64,000 nucleotides of DNA, taken from positions 17,560 through 81,559 of IMG/VR virus record IMGVR_UViG_3300005841_000936; one strand, given 5' to 3'. How positions within the stretch are numbered: position 1 is the stretch's first letter; each line of letters opens with the position of its first letter. This DNA comes from a virus. Shown here one piece after another: positions 28,067 through 36,779 of this stretch. The notes beneath the pieces were generated by a model. It was not told where the DNA came from and did no database searches. It was given only the letters and a program-made list of their open reading frames with translations. The translations under genes and the position numbers were made by a program.

Positions 28067-28070
28067 ATTT

Positions 28071-28095
28071 AGGCCCGTTTACGGGCCTTTTTCTT
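28071..28095 (+). terminator. Rho-independent terminator
   Basis: AGGCCCGT-TT-ACGGGCCT-TTTTCTT. Confidence 0.88.
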
Positions 28096-28096
28096 G

Positions 28097-28130
28097 TGTG
28101 AATTAGCCAAAAATCGAAATTTTCCCCGGA
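28097..28130 (+). repeat. Dispersed bipartite repeat, copy 1
   Basis: TGTGAATTAGCCAAA-N4-GAAATTTTCCCCGGA; matches 44074-44108. Confidence 0.75.
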
Positions 28131-28194
28131 GTTTGGGGGCATGATCGCCCATAAAAGGGCAAAAAACCGTGTAAAAACAACGTGCTACCCTTCC

Positions 28195-28375
28195 AACGTC
28201 AGACAGTGACCCCTCCTACCAGTGGTGTAGACCAGTGTTGTGGAGGGAAGCAGAGCACGAGTGCCGCTTCTCCCGCGCTTACCGCAGCTGACACCTCCCC
28301 TTCGGGGGAGGGAACCTTGTGCCCCAGCAATGGAGCCAGGGAGCGGGAACCCGCGTCTATCGGGCCATAGACAAC
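28195..28375 (+). ncRNA. Candidate structured leader/ncRNA of unknown family
   Basis: Consecutive hairpins including CCTCCCC-TTCG-GGGGAGG, GCGG-GAAC-CCGC and GTCTAT..ATAGAC in an intergenic region. Confidence 0.5.
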
Positions 28376-28378
28376 AGA

Positions 28379-28394
28379 TTGGGACTAGTCCCAA
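28379..28394. promoter_or_regulatory. Palindrome motif B (TTGGGACTAGTCCCAA)
   Basis: Perfect 16-bp palindrome just before the RBS of 28414; repeated at 29078 and 29287. Confidence 0.7.
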
Positions 28395-28413
28395 AGTTTG
28401 AGGAACATAAGAC

Positions 28414-29061
28414 ATGACATTCGATAAAGAAACATATGCGGGAAAGGTCAGCAAATTCATTGCTGATTGCCGCTCTTTGGTTCGTTCGGGCGAAGGCTTC
28501 AGCCGTGACACTCTCGCCGCTCTCCTGAACAATGACATGACCATTGGTACGGTTGACGCCATGCTGGTGGCCAAATTCAAACCGCGCCTTCCAAGCGGCA
28601 AGGTCGGCACGTCCCGCTCAAGCCTTCGCAATGCCGACGGCGGTGAAGCTGCAAAGAAAGCGGTTGATCGTATCGAAAAGGCATTCGATGCGTGCAACAG
28701 CGATGTTGAGGCGATCGCCACTGCATTCCGTCCATTGGCTGTTGCCTTTGCTACCAATGCCGAGGGTTCGGTTAAGAGCATGTCCGCCTTGCTGGCACAG
28801 CTGAAAACAATCGAAACCAACCATGCGGAAAGCCTTGTTCCGGCTGAGGATACGGATGGGGAAGGCACTGAGGAACAGGATGCGCCTGTCATTGAACAGG
28901 AGGCACCTCTTGCCACCATGGCCAATAGACTGCGCTTGGCCATAAGCGAGGCCGATAGTGCCACCATAGCAGAGGCGCACGATGCGCTTGTCGCTCTGCA
29001 ACAGGCACTCAGCGGCACCGTCGCCTATGTCGCGGCGGAACAGGAAGCAATCGCCGCCTGA
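28414..29061 (+). CDS. Hypothetical early protein
   Basis: 215 aa, GAGGA SD, flanked by motif B. Confidence 0.75.
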   Translation: MTFDKETYAGKVSKFIADCRSLVRSGEGFSRDTLAALLNNDMTIGTVDAMLVAKFKPRLPSGKVGTSRSSLRNADGGEAAKKAVDRIEKAFDACNSDVEAIATAFRPLAVAFATNAEGSVKSMSALLAQLKTIETNHAESLVPAEDTDGEGTEEQDAPVIEQEAPLATMANRLRLAISEADSATIAEAHDALVALQQALSGTVAYVAAEQEAIAA

Positions 29062-29069
29062 ACCCTGCC

Positions 29070-29112
29070 CCGGCGGATTGGGACCAGTCCCAATCCGCCG
29101 GTTCCTTTCCCT
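29070..29112 (+). terminator. 15-bp-stem hairpin built around motif B, with pyrimidine tail
   Basis: CCGGCGGATTGGGAC-CA-GTCCCAATCCGCCGG-TTCCTTT. Confidence 0.65.
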
Positions 29113-29135
29113 TACCGCCGCAAAGGTTCGTCGCC

Positions 29136-29564
29136 ATGGCCCGTCGCAAGTCCCGCTCGATCCACGCCCGGATTGATACCAACGCAGCGCAGTTCGAGCG
29201 CGCAGGAAATCCTTGGATTTCGCCGCGTGATCAGCTCGAAATGCAATGCGAGCCCGCATCTCCCGCGCCCAAGCGCAAGCCAAAAATTGGGACTGGTCCC
29301 AAACCCGGAATTTACCGAGAGAGCGAGGCGGTCAAACTTCGCCGACAGCAGCTGCAGAATTTGCACGGTGTCCTGGCCCTCATGGGTGGCACGCGCACGG
29401 TGCAGGCCAAAGAGCCGGCCAGATATAAACCCATCCAGTTTGTCGAGGCTATGTCGCGCGAGGAAGCCGATCCGTGGAGTGATGAAAACATCAAATCCAC
29501 CCGTGATCGCCTTGCGATGGACTTCGCCAAGGCCCGCGCTGAAGCGAATCACGTCCGAAAATAG
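29136..29564 (+). CDS. Hypothetical basic protein (contains motif B at 29287-29302)
   Basis: 142 aa ORF followed by a hairpin at ~29585-29612. Confidence 0.6.
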   Translation: MARRKSRSIHARIDTNAAQFERAGNPWISPRDQLEMQCEPASPAPKRKPKIGTGPKPGIYRESEAVKLRRQQLQNLHGVLALMGGTRTVQAKEPARYKPIQFVEAMSREEADPWSDENIKSTRDRLAMDFAKARAEANHVRK

Positions 29565-29624
29565 CTGAATAATCACAATGACTTGGCCTCGCTGCGATCA
29601 GCAGCGGGGTCTCTAGTCATGCAT

Positions 29625-29637
29625 GTGACCAGGTAAC
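29625..29637. promoter_or_regulatory. Operator motif A (GTGACCAGGTAAC)
   Basis: Intergenic; fits the consensus. Confidence 0.75.
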
Positions 29638-29664
29638 TTCTCGATCCTGAAAGGACAGCCCACC

Positions 29665-29853
29665 ATGAATTGGTTAGAGCTCATGAATGCCGCCCAGGAA
29701 GATATTGCGGCAAAGTTTCCAGTAACGCGAAGATACTTCGCACAAGGTTTCAAGGTTTCGCCGCGTTTCCACGCCGACAACATTGTCGGGTTGGAGACAC
29801 TTAACCAAATCATTCGCCTAGACTTGCTTACCGGCGATTTCGTTTGTCAATAG
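29665..29853 (+). CDS. Hypothetical protein
   Basis: AAGGA SD. Confidence 0.6.
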   Translation: MNWLELMNAAQEDIAAKFPVTRRYFAQGFKVSPRFHADNIVGLETLNQIIRLDLLTGDFVCQ

Positions 29854-29866
29854 AAGGACTTTTGAA

Positions 29867-30127
29867 ATGACTGAGTTCATTGGACATAACCAATTGCTTG
29901 CTGCGGCTGTGCATCAGGCCCACACTGCGCTTCGTTACGGTCGCAACCGTGACGAGCATGCCCAGGTCGCGGCCCAGAACCGCATGTGCGACACGATCGA
30001 GCGTGCGCAGTATCCGAACCTGCTCTTGCGCCACCTCGTGCAGCAGGTCGGCCGCGGCAAGGCGATGGTGCTCGGCGTCGAGCGGCCGATCATCAATCTG
30101 GCTCTGAGCGAGATCTCTCAGTCATGA
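29867..30127 (+). CDS. Hypothetical protein
   Basis: AAGGA SD. Confidence 0.65.
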   Translation: MTEFIGHNQLLAAAVHQAHTALRYGRNRDEHAQVAAQNRMCDTIERAQYPNLLLRHLVQQVGRGKAMVLGVERPIINLALSEISQS

Positions 30128-30237
30128 GCCGCTACGAGCGCAGACGCAACGATGGTCCCATCCGCGGCATGGCCTTCGGCATTCCGTTTGGCATTGTCAT
30201 CTGGTTAATCACCATCTGGATGGTGGCCCGGCCCTGA
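30124..30237 (+). CDS. Small membrane protein
   Basis: ATGA-coupled 37 aa ORF with one hydrophobic segment. Confidence 0.55.
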   Translation: MSRYERRRNDGPIRGMAFGIPFGIVIWLITIWMVARP

Positions 30238-30734
30238 TGTTGTACGATTGCGGCATCACGAGCCCTGAGCCGGATCAGGACCCGAAATTCCACCGGCTGC
30301 ATAGGCTGCGGCCGGCGGAGATCGGATCCCAGCTCAAGCACGAGCTGTGCATCCTTGTTCAGACGCCCGGCATTCCGATTGAATGGTTGTATTTCGTGTT
30401 TGCGTGGTCCGACCGCACCCGGCGGTTTGTCCGCGACTGGTCGGACACCGCGGATCATTCGGCCGAGGCTAAAGCAAACGCCGCAAGTATTACGAATGAT
30501 GATGCGTGGCGGATGATCAGGGTCATGCACAAGCCTGAAACCTTCGCCGGAGCCGTGCCATTTGCGGTTTCATTGGCCCTTCAGGCTGATCCGAGGATCG
30601 ATCGGGAGCTGGCCGAGGACATCGGAATTCCGGTGCAAAAGGCCCTTGGATGGCGATTTCGCAAGGTTTTTCATCCACTTACGGGTGAGAGGCTGATGCC
30701 GAGGAAGGGCCAGGCTCGGCTGTTTTCGGGGTGA
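30237..30734 (+). CDS. Hypothetical protein
   Basis: TGATG-coupled 165 aa ORF. Confidence 0.6.
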   Translation: MLYDCGITSPEPDQDPKFHRLHRLRPAEIGSQLKHELCILVQTPGIPIEWLYFVFAWSDRTRRFVRDWSDTADHSAEAKANAASITNDDAWRMIRVMHKPETFAGAVPFAVSLALQADPRIDRELAEDIGIPVQKALGWRFRKVFHPLTGERLMPRKGQARLFSG

Positions 30735-30739
30735 GTTCT

Positions 30740-31070
30740 TATATAGCCAATTTTTTCGAGTTACCTGGTCACTTGATATCAGTTTCATTTTGCCACTGGT
30801 GTATTTTGCCGAGAATTGGGAATTTCTCCCAACTATTAGTGGTTCAAAATAAGTAATATTCCTCTTTATAATTCATCCGTCTTTAGAAGAAGAAGAAGAA
30901 AAATTATATATAGGGGTAATTACACTGTTCATTACTAGAAGTTACCAAGTAACTTCATTTTCTGAAGCATGAAAGGAGTTGGCCCAAAATAGAGGGCTGA
31001 CACCAAGTTACCTGGTAACTCCAAAAAATTCAGTAAGAAACAAATCGTCCCAAAATTAAGGACGATCCCG
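30740..31070. promoter_or_regulatory. AT-rich control region / candidate origin with three motif A copies (30760, 30941, 31007)
   Basis: Non-coding, AT-rich, (GAA)n run at ~30887-30901, TATAAT at 30867, several inverted repeats. Confidence 0.6.
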
Positions 31071-31097
31071 AGCCTACGAACCTGATTGGAAATTTAC

Positions 31098-31514
31098 ATG
31101 AGCAGCCTAATCCGCCGCATCACGATCCGCGCCATGGAGAAAGCCAGCGTCCCGAAAATCATCGTGGGCAAAGACTCCGAAGGAGATCCAATCTTTGCGT
31201 GGCCACTGACGCTCGCAAAGATCAATCAGCCCATCCGATCAAAGCGGAAACCCGTCAAGCGTGATCACCGTATCCTGGCCAACAGGATTAAGCCGCGCGT
31301 GGACGTGACCGCTTCGGTCAAACCGAAGCGTGATCCACGCCCAAAGCCTGTCGCAGGCCCGGTCGGAGACCCTCGCCCAAAATATCACGGCCAGTACGTC
31401 GGGATGACTGGCACCCATGTGTCTCACAATCACGCCCGTGAAATCCTTCGCAGAACCACCGCACCAGGATCCGAGGCACGTCGGGGAAATATTACCCCCT
31501 CAGCCCTCGCCTAA
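31098..31514 (+). CDS. Hypothetical basic protein
   Basis: Likely start MSSLIRR. Confidence 0.6.
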   Translation: MSSLIRRITIRAMEKASVPKIIVGKDSEGDPIFAWPLTLAKINQPIRSKRKPVKRDHRILANRIKPRVDVTASVKPKRDPRPKPVAGPVGDPRPKYHGQYVGMTGTHVSHNHAREILRRTTAPGSEARRGNITPSALA

Positions 31515-31573
31515 GCCCCGCTCAGCAGAAAAACGACCCCTGCCCGCTACCTACCTACCCGAGAGGCTTAAAA

Positions 31574-31903
31574 ATGACAATTCACCTCGACCTCCGCACC
31601 GACCTCGCCAAGGTCCGCGCCAACATCAACCTCAAGGATATGGGCCGGTGCCTGTACGCCTCACCCTGCGCGATCGGTGCCATGATCGACCACCCTGCCG
31701 ATCGTGAGCGTCTTGATCATGTTAAGGATCAACACGGCGCCGCTCAGGTCAACATTGTCACGCTGATCAGTCAGGGCGAAATCTCCGCCCCGACTGATCA
31801 GCACGCAGAGCTGAAGATGCTCCAAGAGTATTTCGACTCAAGCGGTGAAGCAGAAGAGTTTGAGCAATATCTCACCGAGCTCGAGCAGAAGTACGCGAAA
31901 TGA
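31574..31903 (+). CDS. Hypothetical protein, paralog of 33510..33839
   Basis: Shared 'LDL..DLAKVR.N...GRC.Y..PCAIGAM...LTELE.KY'. Confidence 0.8.
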   Translation: MTIHLDLRTDLAKVRANINLKDMGRCLYASPCAIGAMIDHPADRERLDHVKDQHGAAQVNIVTLISQGEISAPTDQHAELKMLQEYFDSSGEAEEFEQYLTELEQKYAK

Positions 31904-32109
31904 CGCTCGCCCACTTCTACCTCGTCGCCTCCACGATCCTGATCACATGGGTCTCGATGATCTGGTCCAGTAGGACCACGCTCAACACCGTGTGCAAGCT
32001 GATCACAGCCGGCATCGCCTTCTGCGGCGCCGTTCTCGTGGCCAAGGAGTTTTTCCTATGAACGTCTTCGACCAGGCCGGAGTCATCGCCAAACTCAGGG
32101 AACTAGCCG

Positions 32110-32682
32110 ATGCCTATCAACAGTGAGCCCTTGGCATACCTGACCAAGTATTCTGGACGAATTGATCATCTTAGCTTTTTAAAACCAGTGCCCAGCGCGT
32201 CTGAGAGGGAAATCATCCCACTCTACGCCCGGGCCAACCCCCACTGCGGCTTCAGCTGCAACGGCGTGTACGTCGAAGGTGATAAATCCTCGATCGATAC
32301 CGTGAAACGCTGGATGCACGACGCCACCGCCCGGCTTCCCTATTTCGAGAAGCTGCTGAACGACAAGCTGACCGATGACGAGATCCTGACCCGAGCGCGT
32401 GAGGCCGCAGCTTTGGTCTATCCAGCCGCAGCCCCAAGCATCCGCAACGGCGAGTGGGACACAGGCAACATGATGATTATCGCAATCAACGCCTTGACCC
32501 ACATCAATCAGCCCCTGCCCGACCCCGACCTGATCGAGGCCCGTGCGCTGGTTGCCGGCCGATATCCGGAAGGATCCATCAGCGCTGGCAGGACTGTCCG
32601 TGGCGATGACGATGACAGCCAAGCCGTCCAGAACGCCTTGAAGGCTATCCGACGAGGCCGTGAATTGGAGCGATCCAAGTGA
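32110..32682 (+). CDS. Hypothetical protein
   Basis: 190 aa ORF in a coupled array. Confidence 0.65.
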   Translation: MPINSEPLAYLTKYSGRIDHLSFLKPVPSASEREIIPLYARANPHCGFSCNGVYVEGDKSSIDTVKRWMHDATARLPYFEKLLNDKLTDDEILTRAREAAALVYPAAAPSIRNGEWDTGNMMIIAINALTHINQPLPDPDLIEARALVAGRYPEGSISAGRTVRGDDDDSQAVQNALKAIRRGRELERSK

Positions 32683-32903
32683 AAGTATTCGTCATCATGG
32701 GAAATGATTTCCCAGCAGCTGTAGTGGCCAACCAGGCCGCGGCCGATGCCCTGATCGCTAAACGCGAGAAAGAGGAACGCGAGGAACTGATCCGCCACCA
32801 CGGCGAGAAACTGGGCAAGCTCTACGGACCGCGCATTCACTGGCGCTCGTACGAATTCGAGCTCCAGTCCGCCACTACCCCTGCCCCGACGGAATGGCGA
32901 TGA
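32679..32903 (+). CDS. Hypothetical protein
   Basis: GTGA-coupled. Confidence 0.65.
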   Translation: MKVFVIMGNDFPAAVVANQAAADALIAKREKEEREELIRHHGEKLGKLYGPRIHWRSYEFELQSATTPAPTEWR

Positions 32904-33520
32904 AATACGTCCGCCTCGTCGCCACCGACGATCAATATGACACTGAGCTCGGCTTGGTCCTCAAGGGCACCCCAATCACCGACGATCTGATGGCCGATCG
33001 CAATGGTCAAATGATCGCCCACGACCTGGTCGAGCACCAGAACGGTCCCGCCAACATTGGCACCGTCTGGGACGAGATGCAGGCTCTGGGCGGGATCTGG
33101 CACACTCGAGGTCGACATGGTGACTTCACCTCCGGCTATTGGAGCCCTCACCAGACGATCGCGCACGACCTGGCCCGCATGTACGAGGAAGATGATTGCA
33201 TGGATGTGCCTGCGCTTCATACGTGCCCGCACGAATGCGATGAGGATTTTGAGCACATCATCTCCCTCGCCCGACCCATAATAATGCGCGAAGCTTATGA
33301 CGAGGAAGACGCCGATCCTGATCGGATTGACGCATTCTTACAACCTGTAATTGGCCACATGAGAACAGGCTACCGCAAGGCCACCAAACGCTTCGGCCAC
33401 GATTACGAGTCAAACAACCTCTACCACGCCATCAAGCGTGCGTGGACCACCCCAGAATATGCCGGTCAGGAATTTATCCTCGCTTACGGCAATGGACAGG
33501 CCAACATCTATGCCAATTGA
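32894..33520 (+). CDS. Hypothetical acidic protein with putative metal-binding His/Glu motif
   Basis: 'IAHDLVEH...DEMQALG'. Confidence 0.65.
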   Translation: MAMKYVRLVATDDQYDTELGLVLKGTPITDDLMADRNGQMIAHDLVEHQNGPANIGTVWDEMQALGGIWHTRGRHGDFTSGYWSPHQTIAHDLARMYEEDDCMDVPALHTCPHECDEDFEHIISLARPIIMREAYDEEDADPDRIDAFLQPVIGHMRTGYRKATKRFGHDYESNNLYHAIKRAWTTPEYAGQEFILAYGNGQANIYAN

Positions 33521-33839
33521 ACTCGACCTCACCCGCGACCTTGCCAAGGTCCGCGGCAACACCGGACCTCTCGGCCGATGCCGATACACCGCCCCGTGCG
33601 CGATCGGCGCGATGATGAGCGCTGACGATCGTGATGATATCTTGCGACAAGGAACGCTTGTCGATGCCACGAGAATCCGATCCCTGCTGAGCGCAGGCAA
33701 GGTCGTCGCCCCAGCCGAGCAACATGCCGATCTCATCGCCCTGCAATTCGCCTTCTATAAGGCCGACTTCTTCCCTGAAGATTTCGAACGAACGCTCACC
33801 GAGCTCGAGGCAAAGTACAATGTCGTTCACGCAGCGTGA
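33510..33839 (+). CDS. Hypothetical protein, paralog of 31574..31903
   Basis: Start MPIELDL; shared motifs. Confidence 0.8.
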   Translation: MPIELDLTRDLAKVRGNTGPLGRCRYTAPCAIGAMMSADDRDDILRQGTLVDATRIRSLLSAGKVVAPAEQHADLIALQFAFYKADFFPEDFERTLTELEAKYNVVHAA

Positions 33840-34038
33840 ATTCGATCGGTTCGTAACCGAAGCAAGATCCTCGATTGAACGAGCAAGAGCCGCGGCAGCC
33901 ACCTTCTGGTGGAACCGCGGTAAAACGAACGGATACCAGTGCGGGAAACGTGACGCTGAGGTGATCCTCGCCGGCCAAGCCGACACCTCATCCGACGTAC
34001 AATCTGCTCTCATTGCTCTGGAGAAATTCAGTGTTTGA
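33820..34038 (+). CDS. Hypothetical protein
   Basis: Likely start MSFTQREF after GAGG. Confidence 0.55.
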   Translation: MSFTQREFDRFVTEARSSIERARAAAATFWWNRGKTNGYQCGKRDAEVILAGQADTSSDVQSALIALEKFSV

Positions 34039-34459
34039 CCCCCACTTCAACGCCGACCTGCGCCACACGGAGAACATCCTCCGCCGCCAGGGCCGGCATA
34101 GTCTCGCCAACGCTGCACATCGCCTCCGCGGCGAAACCCTGGACACGCGCAGTCCGCTCGATGACATCATCGCCAATATTCAGGCCGATCAGCTGCGCAT
34201 GATGGCATTCACGCGATGACCGTCCGAGCCAACCATTGGTCCCGTGTGTACGCCGTAGCAGTGGCCACCTTTAAATCTGCCACCGCGGCCAAAATTGCGG
34301 ATGATGCCCTCGTCGAATTTGACAAGCGCTTCTTTCCATCTGGAGAGCCGAGATGAAAATCCATCATGTCGTCCACCATGAACACCTCGCCTACGTCCTG
34401 CGCACCCGCAAGGTCCTGGGCATCGATGACTCATCCTTCCGCGTCGAAAGGAAGCCAAA

Positions 34460-35209
34460 GTGAGTAAGCTGGTCGAAACTGTAGCGCGGGCGATTGATCC
34501 CGATGCGTGGGCAAGGCGTGATGCCGATGCCGCCAGACGCGAGGAATGCTACCGCAACCTCAGCCATGGCTGGGAAGGCACAACCCTCGAAGAATGGGTC
34601 GAGCGATCGGTTCAGCCGTCGCTGGCAACCGCCCGAGCAGCCCTCACCGCCATCCAATCGGAGGGGAGTGGGGTAGTGGAACCCATCCCGATGATCCTGT
34701 TCTGCCCGGTATGCCGTTTGCAGCATATCGACAAAGCCGACGAGCCCCCGCGCCTCGCCAATGGGGATGTCGCTCACGGATGTGAACTGTGTGACGGTGA
34801 CGATGAGTGCACCTGCCCCGGTTGGAAGCCCCGCTGGTGGATAAACCCGCCGCATCGCTCGCATCTCTGTCATGGCTGTGGGTGCATCTGGCGTCCTGCT
34901 GACGTGCCGACCAACGGCGTTGCGAGCATTGAGACGGCAGGGAAGGCTGACACGTTCGACCTTTCTGCCAAGCCCATCCCATCCCAGCTTTGCGAGCGGT
35001 TGCGTGGGTTGCTGGAGAAGGCGAACCTAGATCATCCTCACCTTCATCCGAAGAACCCCGAGAACGACATCAACGACGTCATTGTTCGTGATGGCCGGTG
35101 GGTAGCCAACTTCAGCACCAATGAAGCGGCGGAACTGTTCGTCGAAGCGATTGCCGTCCTACCCACCCTTCTCGATGCACCTTCGCCGCAGAGGGGAACA
35201 TCAGAATGA
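34460..35209 (+). CDS. Cys/His-rich (zinc-binding) phage protein
   Basis: 'PMILFCPVC..QHID', 'CELC', 'NPPHRSHLCHGCG.IWRP'. Confidence 0.7.
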   Translation: MSKLVETVARAIDPDAWARRDADAARREECYRNLSHGWEGTTLEEWVERSVQPSLATARAALTAIQSEGSGVVEPIPMILFCPVCRLQHIDKADEPPRLANGDVAHGCELCDGDDECTCPGWKPRWWINPPHRSHLCHGCGCIWRPADVPTNGVASIETAGKADTFDLSAKPIPSQLCERLRGLLEKANLDHPHLHPKNPENDINDVIVRDGRWVANFSTNEAAELFVEAIAVLPTLLDAPSPQRGTSE

Positions 35210-35362
35210 AAGACGAAATCAAGTTCGATGAAGATGACGGTCGCCCTGTTCGCCGTATAACGATTCAACTTTCTGGCCGCAGCGATGAAGAAATCGCTGA
35301 TGACATGGAAAAACTGTTTTCGGCGATGGAAGAGGACGGCGTAGAGTTCGTCCCCACTCCCA

Positions 35363-35716
35363 ATGAGTGAGTTGCTGCCCTGTCCCCATTGCGGCGGAAA
35401 GTGGGCTCTAGGCCAAGAGCCACATGACAACGCCTCGGTGGCGAGCATGTGGTATCTCTATCACAAAAATCCTCGCTGTCGGATGGACCACCCGACTTAT
35501 CATTTTGCATCCAGAGATGAGCTAATCGCCGCCTGGAATACCCGCACCCAATCCCCCGAAGCGATACGGGCTGCGGCTTTGGAAGAAGCTGTTGCGAAGC
35601 GGATGCGCGATGAGGACGGCAGTTCGTATACGTCCGGGTTCAACAATGGCTTGCAGGCCGCGCTTGTCGCAATCCGCGCACTTATCCAGCCATCGTCGGA
35701 AAGGATTGGGGAGTGA
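35363..35716 (+). CDS. Lar-family restriction alleviation-like protein
   Basis: 'ELLPCPHCGG...IAAWNTR' Lar signature. Confidence 0.75.
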   Translation: MSELLPCPHCGGKWALGQEPHDNASVASMWYLYHKNPRCRMDHPTYHFASRDELIAAWNTRTQSPEAIRAAALEEAVAKRMRDEDGSSYTSGFNNGLQAALVAIRALIQPSSERIGE

Positions 35717-35952
35717 GCGAGGAGTTTGTTCGCGCCGGACAGGCTCGCGTCTGTCACGTCCAGCACCGCTGCGATGCTGGTGTCGGCACAGTCTATTACG
35801 TCGTTCTGGCGGACGGGTATCTGCTCGATTGCGGGCACGAACCGATCGCGAAGGCCCGCGCTGAAACCCTCGTGGAGTTCATCAACTCGCGAGGGGCAGA
35901 AGCCTTCAATTCGCAAGCACTAATTCACCGTCCACAAAGGCCCCAGCCATGA
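35713..35952 (+). CDS. Hypothetical protein
   Basis: GTGA-coupled. Confidence 0.55.
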   Translation: MSEEFVRAGQARVCHVQHRCDAGVGTVYYVVLADGYLLDCGHEPIAKARAETLVEFINSRGAEAFNSQALIHRPQRPQP

Positions 35953-36141
35953 CCGATCATCAGGCACGTGAACTGCGAATCTGGCGAGTATCATAAATGT
36001 ACCAAGTCCTAATCCAGGGCCAACCTGTCTACCGTACCTCCGAATGGGTCGAAGCCGCCGACTACTGCCTCGCCCATAACCTGGCCATCTGGCTGCATAA
36101 GACGATTTTCGTCATCCTGCCGTTTGCAAAGATAAAATCAG

Positions 36142-36322
36142 TTTGATGGAAGCTGGTTCGGAACTCCGGACCTGATCAAAATGCGCGCAGAGTGTCGTCC
36201 AAAGGGAATGCGGGCGGCTCTTATCATCCGATTGTTCTCACTAACTTGGAACTTCCCGGATCCCACCGCGCCAGCTTCCATCATGTGACTGAGTAACTCG
36301 CCTCGCTGAGGCTTCCATCAAA
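36142..36322 (+). ncRNA. Candidate structured RNA closed by 13-bp inverted repeats, with an alternative pairing
   Basis: 36144-36156 pairs with 36271-36283; 36142-36153 pairs with 36311-36322. Confidence 0.45.
36285..36297. promoter_or_regulatory. Operator motif A (GTGACTGAGTAAC)
   Basis: Intergenic; fits the consensus. Confidence 0.75.
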
Positions 36323-36347
36323 TCGATCAAAATGAAAGGTTCACATC

Positions 36348-36779
36348 ATGAACCGAACCAATCTCCTGCGCCTCGCGCAATACCTCGACACGTTGCCGAC
36401 CGACTACAGTCATTTTGACATGAAGTTTTATGTTCAGAATGGCGGCATTCAAGGCGGCTTCGATCCGATAAACATCAGTCATCTCAGTGACTGCGGCACG
36501 GTTGCGTGCGCTGTTGGCCACGCCCCTTCAATTCCCGGGCTTGAAGCCGCCCCTCGGGAGAGGTGGGACGGGTACGTCTCGCGAGTATTCGGCATCCGTA
36601 CCGAAGAGTATGATGAAGAATTCCTCTTTATGTTCGGTAGTGGCTGGGCTGACGTGGACAACACACCGGCCGGCGCTGCCAAGCGCATTCGTTATTTCCT
36701 AAATCACGGTGTTCCAGACGATTTCGACTGTGATGATTCCGATCTCACACCTTTCGTGGAGCTTTACGCAAATGCATAA
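36348..36779 (+). CDS. Hypothetical protein with CGTxACAVGH motif (tandem paralog 1)
   Basis: Clear end-to-end similarity to the next gene. Confidence 0.8.
   Translation: MNRTNLLRLAQYLDTLPTDYSHFDMKFYVQNGGIQGGFDPINISHLSDCGTVACAVGHAPSIPGLEAAPRERWDGYVSRVFGIRTEEYDEEFLFMFGSGWADVDNTPAGAAKRIRYFLNHGVPDDFDCDDSDLTPFVELYANA

Noticed and set aside
36142-36283. Retron msr-msd or DGR interpretation of the inverted repeats and paralogs
   Set aside because: No reverse transcriptase in the window, and I saw no adenine-specific TR/VR-type repeat pair
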